Sequence record: KJ190158
DNA: 64,000 nucleotides
Strand: one strand, 5' to 3'
Source: Escherichia phage FFH2
Below are positions 9,235-18,859 of this stretch, piece after piece (position 1 is the stretch's first letter; every line of letters begins with the position of its first letter). The notes below the pieces were generated by a model that was not told the origin of the DNA, ran no database searches, and saw only the letters and a program-made list of their open reading frames with translations. The position numbers and the translations under genes are program-made.

Positions 9235-10323
9235 ATGGCTGTATTTAATGCTGAGAACACCGCTCATAAAACTGGTGACTATCCGCTGTTTCTAGGACAG
9301 CAAATGGGTATGTACGACTCTATCAACAAAAAATATCCACAACTGTTTGAACTATACAAAAAACAAAAAGAACAAGACTGGGCAGAGGATGAAGTGGATT
9401 TGTCGCAATCTATTTCAGATTTTGTAACATGCTCCAAGTCAACTTATGATGTGATGGTGCAGACCTTGATGTGGCAATGGGAGGCTGATAGCGTTGCGGC
9501 AAGATCGATCATCTGCCTCTTTTCACCATTCATCACTAATAGTGAGCTTTTCACTCTATTGATGAAACAGTCAGAGATTGAAGTTCTTCACGCACTAACT
9601 TACTCAGAGATTGTTAGACAATGCCTCCCCAATGCCCGTGAGATTATAGAAGAGATTCAGGAAAACCAAAACGTTCTGAGCAGATCTGGCGTTATTGTCA
9701 AATACATGCAAGAGCTTGAGGTTATTGGTGCAAAATACCGACTGGATCCTTCTAGTGTTAAAGAAGATATTGTGCGGAAATGCATTCTTAGAGCGCTTTT
9801 TGCACTTTTAGCCCTGGAAAGTATTGAGTTTATTGCAAGTTTTGCATGCACTTTCGCAGTAGCTGAACAGGGTATTTTTGTTCAGGTGGCGCAGCTTGTT
9901 CAAAAAATCATGCTTGACGAAATGCTACACTCGAAAGGTGATTTTGCCATCATTGATATCCTGCTTAATGATCCGGCATGGGAGAAAAGCTTCCTTGAGA
10001 TAAAAGGGGAGTTAAAAGAGATTCTTGATGAAGTACGAACCAAAGAGTACGGTTGGAGTGACTATATTTTCAGCGAAGGAAGAGCGATTATAGGTCTTAA
10101 CTCACCGTTGCTTAAAGAATGGGTTGACTATAACTGCTCACCAATTTATGATTACTATGGCATCGACAAAGACTTTGTGCCGCCAACAAAGGACCCTCTA
10201 CCGTTTATGCAGGTGTGGATGAAACCTTCATTGCAACAGACGGCGAACCAAGAAATGTCGAACACTGACTACCGCGTCAACACAACTGTTAACGACGCTG
10301 AAGAAGAAATTTGGGAGTTTTAA
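9235..10323 (+). CDS. nrdB: class Ia ribonucleotide reductase small subunit
   Basis: Ferritin-like di-iron helices (E..H pairs), C-terminal EEIWEF-type tail; 362 aa next to nrdA. Confidence 0.9.
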   Translation: MAVFNAENTAHKTGDYPLFLGQQMGMYDSINKKYPQLFELYKKQKEQDWAEDEVDLSQSISDFVTCSKSTYDVMVQTLMWQWEADSVAARSIICLFSPFITNSELFTLLMKQSEIEVLHALTYSEIVRQCLPNAREIIEEIQENQNVLSRSGVIVKYMQELEVIGAKYRLDPSSVKEDIVRKCILRALFALLALESIEFIASFACTFAVAEQGIFVQVAQLVQKIMLDEMLHSKGDFAIIDILLNDPAWEKSFLEIKGELKEILDEVRTKEYGWSDYIFSEGRAIIGLNSPLLKEWVDYNCSPIYDYYGIDKDFVPPTKDPLPFMQVWMKPSLQQTANQEMSNTDYRVNTTVNDAEEEIWEF

Positions 10324-10326
10324 TAT

Positions 10327-10605
10327 ATGAGCTGTGAAAAATCTTTTTTCTTTATTATTTACGGTAAAGATAACTGCCCACATTGTGTAAGAGCAAAAGA
10401 ATTTGCAGTCAGTAAGGGTCTGCCTTTTGTATATAAGACACTTGGCGAGGGTTACACAAAAGAAGAGCTTATTGAGAAGTGCAGTCCAATCGTACCCAGA
10501 ACGTTGCCGCAGATCTTCTTAGAAAGTAATCTTGAAAGTGTCCATATAGGCGGTGCCGACGATTTCATCTCTTTTGTTAAAAATGGTTTTGGAGAGAAAA
10601 AGTGA
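10327..10605 (+). CDS. glutaredoxin/NrdH-like redoxin
   Basis: CPHC active-site motif in a ~90-aa protein immediately after nrdAB. Confidence 0.7.
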   Translation: MSCEKSFFFIIYGKDNCPHCVRAKEFAVSKGLPFVYKTLGEGYTKEELIEKCSPIVPRTLPQIFLESNLESVHIGGADDFISFVKNGFGEKK

Positions 10606-11462
10606 AAGTTGTAAAACGGGACGGTAGAGAAGAGTTCTATAACGGAATTAAGGTGATCAAGGCGGCAGAGTCCGCCTTACTTGAGTCTGGACATACTGAA
10701 GAAGAAGCTTACCGGATCGCCTGCGCGGTTAATGAAGTTGTTGCTAACAATCTACCAACCGACCAGTGCACGATCTCTGTAAAAAATATCCATATCCTTG
10801 TTGAAGACGCTCTTATGGATATGGGTTTAAAATGTGCAGCCAGAGAATACATCCAGTATAGGCAGACAAGAGATAATAACAGAGAGGCAGGTGGAAAACT
10901 GCTTGCAGATATTAGTGGCTTCTTGGATCGCACTTGTGATGAATTTACAAAAGAAAACGCAAATAAGCCTACCAATCATGTACACACTCATCGTGACCTG
11001 CTTGCAGGCATCCTTAGCAAACACCTTGCATCAACACAGATCCTGACAGACCGTGTCTCAGAAGAGCACAATAAAGGCTTCATCCATGTGCATGATCTTG
11101 ACTACTTGATCAGTCCGTTAACAAACTGTTGTTTGGTAAATTATCCAGATATGTTGGAAAACGGATTCAACATTGGTAACGCCCATGTCAGTAAGCCGAA
11201 GTCAATAGGGGTTGCAACAACAATCCTTAGCCAAATCTCTAGTGCAGTAGCTAGTGCTCAATATGGAGGTCAGACTATGAGCCATATTGATCATTATCTG
11301 GCACAGTATGCTGAAGCGACCTATGAGAAGAACCTTAAATTTTGCCAGGAACATTGGTTGCCAGATGCTGAGACTGTTGCAATGCAAATGACAGATAAAG
11401 ACGTATTTGACAGCATGCAGACTTTGCTCTATCAAATCAATACGTTAACCTCTGTCAACGGT
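10602..11462 (+). CDS. nrdD: anaerobic ribonucleotide reductase NrdD, exon 1
   Basis: N-terminal ATP-cone MKVVKRDGREEFYNGIKV. The frame ends ..TSVNG and is interrupted by an intron. Confidence 0.8.
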
Positions 11463-12260
11463 TAACAAACTGGCCGTTGTAAAACTCTCCTAACCTCATA
11501 AGAGGGGTCGGTAAATCCGGCTAACGGGGAACGCTAAGGCGAAAGCTATGCCAATCCCGTGACTAGTTCTTACAGGAGTTGGAACGGTTGTAACGACTAA
11601 CGAAAGGCAGAGATGCTTGACAAACATTTCTGAACCAAGTAGTGTAGAGGTTAGTTGAAATACTAACTTCGAAATGGAGAGGCTCTATGAAAAAGATCAT
11701 TCTTAATGGTGAAGAATCAAACTATGTGATTGATGAGGTTGGAAACGTATACGGAAAACGTGGAATGCTACACCCAATATTGTGGGGAGGTTATGGAAAA
11801 GGTAACAAGCATGTTAAACGCCGTTATATGTACTCTTTCAACCACAAAGGTAAAAAGATTCGAATCCAAACCTCAAGGATTGTTGCCTTGTATTGTTTGC
11901 CAGATGTCCCAGAAGACCCTGAAAACTGGGAAGTGAATCATAAAGACGGCAATACATTGAATGATCATCCGTCTAACCTAGAGTGGGTTTTGCCGGAAGA
12001 TAATAAGAGACATGCTTTCCGAACAGGGCTTTGCCCAGGCAAGTGCTATAGGAAAGTGCAGGCATACAAAGGGAAAACCTTGGTGGGTGAATATCCTTCA
12101 CTCTATGCCTGTGCAAAAGCCTTAAATTTGAACGTAGGTAACGTTCATAGGGCTATCGAAGGAAATGCCGAAGGTAAGCATCTCACAATAAAGGGTTATT
12201 ATCTTATTGAAGTAGAGTAAGAGATAGTCTGGCCCTGTGGAAACACAGGGGAGGAGACAG
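11463..12260 (+). mobile_element. group I intron interrupting nrdD, carrying an HNH homing-endonuclease ORF (boundaries approximate)
   Basis: Exon 1 ends on U (ggt). Exon 2 resumes in frame at cag act cca (QTPF) after a G. The ~800-nt insert holds a free-standing HNH ORF. This parallels the T4 nrdD intron. Confidence 0.6.
11687..12220 (+). CDS. HNH homing endonuclease (intron-encoded)
   Basis: WEVNHKDGNTLNDHPSNLEWV HNH motif. Paralogous to the ORF at 51736-52242. Confidence 0.7.
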   Translation: MKKIILNGEESNYVIDEVGNVYGKRGMLHPILWGGYGKGNKHVKRRYMYSFNHKGKKIRIQTSRIVALYCLPDVPEDPENWEVNHKDGNTLNDHPSNLEWVLPEDNKRHAFRTGLCPGKCYRKVQAYKGKTLVGEYPSLYACAKALNLNVGNVHRAIEGNAEGKHLTIKGYYLIEVE

Positions 12261-13523
12261 CAGACTCCATTCATCACATTAAGTTTAGGACTGGATACCT
12301 CGGTCTTTGGTAGAATGATTACCAAAAATTACTTGAAAGTCCACAAAATGGGTCTTGGTGAAGAACGTATCACACCTGTGTTCCCTAAAGTGCTGTTCTT
12401 CCTAGAAGAGGGTGTCAACATGAACCCTGGAGATCCTAACTATGATTTGAAAAGATTGGCTCTGGAATGCTCTGCAGAGCGGATTTATCCTGACTTTGTT
12501 TCTGTTCCACTAAATCGTAAAGTGACAGGCTCGACAGATGGTAAAGTAACGAGCATGGGTTGCCGGAGTTTTCTTAGCAAATACAATGACTTGGAAACAG
12601 GCGAGGAGAAATACCTTGGCAGATTTAACTTAGGCGTTGTTAGCCTTAACCTGCCAATGATTGCGGCAAAAGCTAAAACGGAAGGTGTTGATTTCTTTGC
12701 AGTTCTTGACGAATACTTGGATCTTGCATACGAGGCTCACCTTGTAAGGGTTAACCGTCTAAAAGGAACAAAGGCAGGGCAGAACCCTATCATGTGGTGT
12801 GAAGGCGCTCTTGCTCGCCTGGATCCTGAAGAGAGTATTGATAAACTCTTCTATGACGGGTACGCTTCCATCAGTATTGGGTATATTGGTGTGTATGAAA
12901 CCTGTCAGATTTTGGGCAGAGAGGGTGACAAGGCTTTAGCTCTTGGAATCCTTCAGCACATGAAAGATGCTTGTGAGCGATATAAGAAGGAAAGTGGACT
13001 AGCATTTAGCTTGTACGGCACCCCTTCTGAGAGTTTATGCTATAAAGCTGCAACCTGTCTGGATCGTGAATATCCAGAAGTGTTGAAGCACGAGCATGAA
13101 TACCTCACCAACAGTTTCCATCAGCCAGTATGGATCAATAGTTCACCTTTTGATAAGTGGAAGTATGAAGAAGGTTTTGCTATGATCTCTTCTGGTGGCA
13201 ACATTGGATATATAGAGACACCTAACCTGAAAAACAACCTGGATGCTTTAGAGGCTCTTGTTGACTTCGGGTATAAACACATTATGTATTTTGGTATTAA
13301 CCAACCTGTGGATAAATGTCTCAAGTGTGGTTTCTCTGGTGAGTTCAGTGCAACAGCTAAAGGCTTTGTATGCCCAGAGTGTGGAAACCATGAAGAGGGA
13401 ACGATCAGTGTAATTCGACGTGTGTCCGGATACCTTTCCAGTCCTAACTCCCGTCCTTACAATAAAGGTAAGCAAGCGGAAGTTATCGAGCGAGTTAAGC
13501 ACTATGGAAGTTGTAGTTGCTGA
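12261..13523 (+). CDS. nrdD: anaerobic ribonucleotide reductase NrdD, exon 2
   Basis: Has the glycyl-radical motif RVSGYLS and a C-terminal CxxC..CxxC zinc ribbon (CLKCG..CPECG). Confidence 0.8.
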   Translation, partial: QTPFITLSLGLDTSVFGRMITKNYLKVHKMGLGEERITPVFPKVLFFLEEGVNMNPGDPNYDLKRLALECSAERIYPDFVSVPLNRKVTGSTDGKVTSMGCRSFLSKYNDLETGEEKYLGRFNLGVVSLNLPMIAAKAKTEGVDFFAVLDEYLDLAYEAHLVRVNRLKGTKAGQNPIMWCEGALARLDPEESIDKLFYDGYASISIGYIGVYETCQILGREGDKALALGILQHMKDACERYKKESGLAFSLYGTPSESLCYKAATCLDREYPEVLKHEHEYLTNSFHQPVWINSSPFDKWKYEEGFAMISSGGNIGYIETPNLKNNLDALEALVDFGYKHIMYFGINQPVDKCLKCGFSGEFSATAKGFVCPECGNHEEGTISVIRRVSGYLSSPNSRPYNKGKQAEVIERVKHYGSCSC

Positions 13524-13526
13524 TAC

Positions 13527-13556
13527 TTGACAAAAGCTACAAGGATGTGGCATATT
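13527..13556 (+). promoter_or_regulatory. sigma70-like promoter (TTGACA-18-CATATT)
   Basis: Consensus -35 with an acceptable -10, upstream of a small zinc-ribbon ORF and nrdG. Confidence 0.45.
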
Positions 13557-13586
13557 ATTGACACACAGTGAGCTAGGAGGTACAGT

Positions 13587-13703
13587 ATGTCTACAGGTAT
13601 TTATAAAATTTGCAAGTGTGGTTGTCGTTGCAATCTTCGTTGGTGCAAGGCACTGGACGATTTTATTTGGCATTGCCCTAAATGTGATGCGGAGTATCTA
13701 TGA
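13587..13703 (+). CDS. small zinc-ribbon protein (38 aa, CxC..C....CPKC)
   Basis: GGAGG RBS. ATGA overlap with the nrdG start. Below the ORF-track size cutoff. Confidence 0.35.
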   Translation: MSTGIYKICKCGCRCNLRWCKALDDFIWHCPKCDAEYL

Positions 13704-14173
13704 ACATTGCCGGATACACAGAAATATCTTACACCGAAGGACCAGGTATTAGAACTGCCTTATGGGTATCTGGGTGCCCACACGCTTGCCCTGGTTGCTT
13801 TAATCAGGCATTTTGGTCAAAAGATAAGGGGAGAGAGTTTACTGAAGAAGATTTGCAAAAAATCTTGTCAGATTTAGATAACCCGTCTGTGTGCGGTATC
13901 TCTCTGCTGGGTGGAGAACCATTAGCATACTATAATGAGCCAGATATTATTAGCCTGATGGAGAAAATTAAGGAAAAATTTGGTGACAAGAAAACTATTC
14001 TTGTATATACTGGGTTCACATTTGACCATATCTCTAGTGATGTTCTTAAACTGGCTGATATCATCATTGACGGTAAGTATGTAAAAGATTTACCAACCAA
14101 GAAACCGTTCCGAGGTAGCGATAACCAAAGAATGTTTAAAAAAGTAGCAGGCGGTTGGGTTCAGGTAGACTAG
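13700..14173 (+). CDS. nrdG: anaerobic RNR activating enzyme (radical SAM)
   Basis: CPHACPGC 4Fe-4S cluster motif; size and position after nrdD. Confidence 0.85.
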   Translation: MNIAGYTEISYTEGPGIRTALWVSGCPHACPGCFNQAFWSKDKGREFTEEDLQKILSDLDNPSVCGISLLGGEPLAYYNEPDIISLMEKIKEKFGDKKTILVYTGFTFDHISSDVLKLADIIIDGKYVKDLPTKKPFRGSDNQRMFKKVAGGWVQVD

Positions 14174-14176
14174 TTG

Positions 14177-14206
14177 TTGACAAAGCTTTGTTTAGATAGG
14201 TATAAT
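14177..14206 (+). promoter_or_regulatory. sigma70 promoter (TTGACA-18-TATAAT)
   Basis: Consensus hexamers directly downstream of the nrdG stop. Confidence 0.6.
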
Positions 14207-14237
14207 TATCGTAAAATGAAAGAAGAGGGGGTGCCAA

Positions 14238-14351
14238 ATGGCTAAAAAAGCCTTGAAGAAGGCGTACAAAAAAGAGATTGCGCTTGAGCTTAAGAAAAAA
14301 CACAAGCGTGAAAAGAAATATCATGAGGATGAAGAGGGGGTGCAACAGTGA
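14238..14351 (+). CDS. small lysine-rich protein (37 aa)
   Basis: agaagaggggg RBS. MAKKALKKAYKKEIALELKKKHKREKKYHEDEEGVQQ. The GTGA overlap couples it to the next ORF. Confidence 0.3.
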   Translation: MAKKALKKAYKKEIALELKKKHKREKKYHEDEEGVQQ

Positions 14352-14698
14352 CACAAGAACGTATCGATTTGGCTAATAAGTTTGTAGATCTCATTTTGCC
14401 ACGGTTAGTTACTCAACATGCAGATGCTATTTCTACTAATCTTGATGGCTTACGTCTAATGCTGAATCGCACAGATGACCCTCGTATTCGGGCTGATTTA
14501 GAAGCCTCTGCCAACAAACTGGAAAAGTTCTTGCAAGTGGACACGCAAGAAGCCTTGCACAAGATCATGGTGGAAGGTTTCTCTAAAGAATTTACCGTTA
14601 AAGAGCTTAAGGAGCTGATCCACCAAGAAGAGATGAATATCCGAGTTCAGGCTGTTGCAAGCAGCATGGAAGCGGCTATTGAAAAACTGTTGCAGTAA
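14348..14698 (+). CDS. hypothetical protein (116 aa, GTG start)
   Basis: ORF coupled to the upstream small gene. Confidence 0.4.
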   Translation: MTQERIDLANKFVDLILPRLVTQHADAISTNLDGLRLMLNRTDDPRIRADLEASANKLEKFLQVDTQEALHKIMVEGFSKEFTVKELKELIHQEEMNIRVQAVASSMEAAIEKLLQ

Positions 14699-14736
14699 AA
14701 GTACTTGGCACATCTCAATCTGAAAGGAGTCCCAAC

Positions 14737-15525
14737 ATGGGTCGAGCTAAAGAAACAAAACGCATGCGTGATGAAGCTAGAGAGGCTCGCAAATCTGATC
14801 GCCTGCGTAAGGCTGCTGAGAAATTTGCTGACGAAAGAGAGCACACTGCTCCAGCTCTCCGACCAATGAATAAGAAGCAGCAAAAGTATCTTGATTATCT
14901 AGGGTCACGTAAGATTATTATTGTAAACGGTGTGTTTGGATCCGGTAAGACGTTCATGGCATCTGCATATGCAGGTGATCTTCTGCGTAAGAACGAGATT
15001 GATAAGATCATTGTTGCACGTCCTTACGTTCAGACAGGAAAGACTTCAGGATTTAAACCTGGAAATGCAATGCAGAAACTGTGGCCCTATCTTCGAAGCA
15101 TGATGGACACGATTTGTCGTCGTGTTGGCAAAGGTGCTTTTGCCGCAATGCTGGGAGACGGTCAGAACAGCCGTATCGAGATTTGTGAGGTTGAAAGCAT
15201 TCGTGGTCGTAGTTTCGATGAGCGATGCTTTGTCCTGATTGACGAGGCACAGCAAACTAACCCTGAAGAAATGTTGTCAATTATCACAAGGATCTCTGAT
15301 CAGGCCACCCTTGTAATTATGGGCGATAATAGCCAACGTGACATCCCTGGTAAATCTGGCCTTGCATGGGTGACGGATTTCTTTACTCGTCATCCAGATC
15401 CTGAGGTTGGAATGATCAGCTTTGATAGTCCAGACGATGTTGTTCGTTCCGGGTTGGGTCGTCAGATTGCACTCAATCTTATTGAGGATCGTGCAAATCA
15501 TATTTGGACCCCTGTTTCCGAGTAA
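14737..15525 (+). CDS. phoH: PhoH-like ATPase
   Basis: Walker A GVFGSGKTFMA and overall PhoH family architecture. Confidence 0.85.
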   Translation: MGRAKETKRMRDEAREARKSDRLRKAAEKFADEREHTAPALRPMNKKQQKYLDYLGSRKIIIVNGVFGSGKTFMASAYAGDLLRKNEIDKIIVARPYVQTGKTSGFKPGNAMQKLWPYLRSMMDTICRRVGKGAFAAMLGDGQNSRIEICEVESIRGRSFDERCFVLIDEAQQTNPEEMLSIITRISDQATLVIMGDNSQRDIPGKSGLAWVTDFFTRHPDPEVGMISFDSPDDVVRSGLGRQIALNLIEDRANHIWTPVSE

Positions 15526-15569
15526 TACAGAAGGGTGGTTATTCCACCCTTAGATATCTAAAACAGCTG

Positions 15570-15598
15570 TTGACAAACAGGTAAGATTTAGATATTAT
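15570..15598 (+). promoter_or_regulatory. sigma70 promoter (TTGACA-17-TATTAT)
   Basis: Preceded by hairpin aagggtgg..ccaccctt (15531-15552), a possible terminator. Confidence 0.55.
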
Positions 15599-15628
15599 TA
15601 CCGGACAAGACAAGGAGAAGGAGATAGT

Positions 15629-15940
15629 ATGGCTACAATACAAGAGAGGCTGAATAAAATATACTGCCTGTTTGTCTATAACGGCGAGACAATTTTGGCA
15701 TATAAAGGATCCAAGAATGTATGGATCAAGGACAGTGGTGGTAATATAATCAACTTAGCGTTGCTACGTGAGCGCCGACACAGATTCTTTATCGAGTCTC
15801 GGATTATTGAAAGCAACACCTGCTACAGAACAGGCGATAAAGTGATTGTTGACAATGATACGTGGTATGTGGTAGACTGGCAATCATTGAGCTGTGATGC
15901 TTCTGACAATCGTAAGTATTCCCTAGTGATTGCTAAATAA
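15629..15940 (+). CDS. hypothetical protein (103 aa)
   Basis: ORF with ggagaaggagat RBS downstream of the promoter. Confidence 0.45.
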   Translation: MATIQERLNKIYCLFVYNGETILAYKGSKNVWIKDSGGNIINLALLRERRHRFFIESRIIESNTCYRTGDKVIVDNDTWYVVDWQSLSCDASDNRKYSLVIAK

Positions 15941-16000
15941 AGGTAAATGTGAATCAGGTTTAAATAAATAGCTTTCAACTTCCAATATTAAGGATTTCTC

Positions 16001-17050
16001 ATGAATTTAACACCTCGCAGCACCATGGTACACGGCATGAAAGAAAAACAGAACGGTTTCGAACCTATGAGTAATAAAATGTTTGGTATGCCGGGTGGTA
16101 TTATGGAAACATACAGCTACCCAACACCTGTTGTTGACCACGTTCTTTATATCGACGATTTGGAAGACTTACAAGATCATATGTCTCGTCTGCAGACGAT
16201 CCGTATGGCTCAGCCGGAAGAAAGCATTCGGGTGATCATCAATAGCCCTGGGGGTTGCGTGCACATTGCAATGGCTTATCTGCAGGCATTCCGCGAGTCT
16301 CAGGCAAGCGTTGTTGCACATGCCGAAGGGATGTGTTGCTCTGCTGGAACAATCTTATGGCTTGGTTGCAAAGAACGTACTGTGGCTCCGGACACAGAAT
16401 TTATGTTCCACTACTATCAAGGTGGCACTTATGGTAACGGTGTGAACATGAATACTCAGGTCAGCTACTGGAAAAAACGTTTTGAACGCCTGATCGAAAA
16501 ATACTACGGTGGGGTGCTGACAGAAGATGAGATCGCATCCATCACAGCTGGTGGCGAAGTGTGGTTGGACGGAGAAGAGCTGGCAGCACGCACTGGAGCT
16601 ATTATTCTGGATGAAGGCAACATACAACGCATCCAGAACGGACAAAAACCGAAAAAGCTTCTGGCAAAAGGTGATGAGGAAGGCGTGTTAGGTGAAGCAG
16701 GTCTTCCGGAGATTCACCAGTGCACATCTTTAGATGAGTTAGTTCATGCTGTTGAATCTGCAAAAGCGGGCGGTTCGAAAGGTGATGTTCACACCGTGTT
16801 CCTGAACCTGCAGATGGAAAGTGGCGAGACCGTCAGAATTGCCCTGGGTGAAATTACTTCAGAAGATCTGCAGAGATTCTCTGTCGTTGAACTTCAGGAT
16901 ATTCTGTCTCAATTGAAGACTACTCTGAACGGCGGTGAAGAGGTTAAGGTGAAAGATAAGACTCGCAAGCGTCTGGTGGATAATATTATTAAAACAGCAA
17001 AAGAGCTCAATGAAAAAATCCTGGGTGCAGGAATTGTCGAAGAAGTTTAA
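16001..17050 (+). CDS. ClpP-like (S14 family) serine peptidase
   Basis: INSPGG motif and surrounding ClpP-fold similarity, with an acidic/lysine-rich C-terminal extension. Confidence 0.55.
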   Translation: MNLTPRSTMVHGMKEKQNGFEPMSNKMFGMPGGIMETYSYPTPVVDHVLYIDDLEDLQDHMSRLQTIRMAQPEESIRVIINSPGGCVHIAMAYLQAFRESQASVVAHAEGMCCSAGTILWLGCKERTVAPDTEFMFHYYQGGTYGNGVNMNTQVSYWKKRFERLIEKYYGGVLTEDEIASITAGGEVWLDGEELAARTGAIILDEGNIQRIQNGQKPKKLLAKGDEEGVLGEAGLPEIHQCTSLDELVHAVESAKAGGSKGDVHTVFLNLQMESGETVRIALGEITSEDLQRFSVVELQDILSQLKTTLNGGEEVKVKDKTRKRLVDNIIKTAKELNEKILGAGIVEEV

Positions 17051-17062
17051 ACATTAATTCTA

Positions 17063-17086
17063 AAGCCCTCTTCGGAGGGCTTTTAT
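17063..17086 (+). terminator. rho-independent terminator
   Basis: aagccctcttcggagggctt followed by ttat. Confidence 0.6.
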
Positions 17087-17101
17087 GATCTGGAGATTTG
17101 C

Positions 17102-17635
17102 ATGACTTGTGCTAGAAAACCTGATGAACAACGTAACGCCTACGATGAGTATGTGACACCGGAGTGGTGTGCAGAAGGGCTGTATGACCTTATTCCGTTC
17201 CCAGAAGACTGGACCTACTTAGAGCCTTGCAGGAATAGTGCCTCAGGTGTGTTCTACTCCCGTATGCCGTTAGGATCTGCATGGGGAGAAATCCAAGAAG
17301 GTGTTGACTATCTGAATACAGAATACAACCATGTTGACTGTATTATCACCAACCCACCATACAGCTTGGCTCGTGAGTTTGTAGACAAGGCGTTGAAAGA
17401 TGCTGACGTAGTTATTATGCTTTTACGTCTTAATTTTCTGGAAAGCAAAGCCAGATTTGAATGGTGGCTTGATAATGCACCTACCACTGTGATCACAATA
17501 TCTAAGCGTCCATCATTTCAATCAAATGGTAGAACTGACGGGCAAGCATATGCATATTTTGTATGGGACAAGAAAAACCGTCTAGACTTGCCGCCATTTA
17601 TGTGGTTGGCACCACCAGAGGCAGATTTGAAATGA
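17102..17635 (+). CDS. N6-adenine DNA methyltransferase (NPPY motif)
   Basis: CIITNPPYSLAREF catalytic motif IV; small Dam/T4-Dam-like size. Confidence 0.7.
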   Translation: MTCARKPDEQRNAYDEYVTPEWCAEGLYDLIPFPEDWTYLEPCRNSASGVFYSRMPLGSAWGEIQEGVDYLNTEYNHVDCIITNPPYSLAREFVDKALKDADVVIMLLRLNFLESKARFEWWLDNAPTTVITISKRPSFQSNGRTDGQAYAYFVWDKKNRLDLPPFMWLAPPEADLK

Positions 17636-17916
17636 AAATGAGTGCTAAGGACAAGTTGCACCAGTTAGCGCTAAAACGTCCTGTAACGCTCCCTGACGAG
17701 CTTAACTCCATTTATGATGCGATTGTAGGGGAGATACAAAATAAAGCGTTAGCAGGCTTTCTGGGATGCGGATTTTCGATAAATCTACCCTCGCATCTCT
17801 CAGATTACTTCCCGCACATTGTTGGGGATTTGAGGGCAGGAGGTCTGCAGGTGGATGTTGTTGGCATCTCTCCGGAGAAAAATAACACAGTTGCCTACTT
17901 GACAGTGACCTGGTAG
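17632..17916 (+). CDS. hypothetical protein (start ATG 17632 overlapping MTase stop)
   Basis: ORF; ATGA overlap. Confidence 0.4.
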   Translation: MKMSAKDKLHQLALKRPVTLPDELNSIYDAIVGEIQNKALAGFLGCGFSINLPSHLSDYFPHIVGDLRAGGLQVDVVGISPEKNNTVAYLTVTW

Positions 17917-17951
17917 TAGTGTATTTTGTTTTCAACAAGAGGGGGTCATTT

Positions 17952-18191
17952 ATGTACAAGTCATTCTCAATCTACTCAAGACAGGCGAAACACTACACAG
18001 AGATCCTGATCACTCAGAAAAAGTCTGTAGAAGGTGAGTGGGAGTATCACCATAAAATGTTGCGTCCAGATTGGGTTTTTGATAGACTTATTGCTATGAT
18101 CCCTCTTGGAGAAGTATACCCTCTGACAGGTCATAGGGATGCTTGGGATTTAATTGATTACATAGATTCATTTAAGGAGCCCAGTGTATGA
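17952..18191 (+). CDS. hypothetical protein
   Basis: ATG with agagggggtc RBS. Confidence 0.4.
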   Translation: MYKSFSIYSRQAKHYTEILITQKKSVEGEWEYHHKMLRPDWVFDRLIAMIPLGEVYPLTGHRDAWDLIDYIDSFKEPSV

Positions 18192-18586
18192 AGATTGAGA
18201 TCACTAAAGAAGGTAAGAAAGTGTCTGGAGACTATGCAACAGTAATTCGAGATTTAATGTTTGAAACCACCAAGTTCGGCACATCTAAAGTTGGTCAAAC
18301 TGTTAGTGTGCAAGGCAATATCACCACAGGGGAGAAGATAATCATCGTGATCAAAGGACAAGATCCTGTGGAAGGAACAGTGGGCCGAGGAGGCTACCTG
18401 TGCATTTCTGAAGAACCGCGCATGCTGGTTGCTGATAACTCCACAGGTAAAAAGCGGGTATGTAACACGGACGAGGTGATGATTATCTATCCAGTCAATC
18501 CAGATGATCCGGCAACATGGATTGTGGGAAATGAAATCTTCTCTTTAGAAGAGTTATCCTTTCCAGCTCCGCGCTCTGTTCAGTAA
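18188..18586 (+). CDS. hypothetical protein (132 aa)
   Basis: ORF; coupled to upstream gene. Confidence 0.45.
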   Translation: MKIEITKEGKKVSGDYATVIRDLMFETTKFGTSKVGQTVSVQGNITTGEKIIIVIKGQDPVEGTVGRGGYLCISEEPRMLVADNSTGKKRVCNTDEVMIIYPVNPDDPATWIVGNEIFSLEELSFPAPRSVQ

Positions 18587-18625
18587 TAATTTATCTTACC
18601 AGGGACGGTAGAAGTAGGAGGTAGC

Positions 18626-18859
18626 ATGAAAGTTAAATTTCTTACAGATTTAGGGTACCCTTCCTTGGTTGACTGCATTGGTAAAATTGTGGAAGCAAAA
18701 CGGCTATCTGCAAACGATAATGTTGTCATGGTTAAGGGAAAAGATTTATTAGCTGCAGGTGCAGAGTCTGGCAGGATCTCTCCTGACTATACATATTACT
18801 TATCTTTAAGTAATCTACCAGAACGAGGCGGCAAAGGCCTTGAAGTTGTGGAGGAGTGA
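18626..18859 (+). CDS. small acidic protein, MKVK-family paralog 1
   Basis: N-terminal MKVKFL... and C-terminal LEVVEE match the family spanning 22286-26674. Confidence 0.5.
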   Translation: MKVKFLTDLGYPSLVDCIGKIVEAKRLSANDNVVMVKGKDLLAAGAESGRISPDYTYYLSLSNLPERGGKGLEVVEE

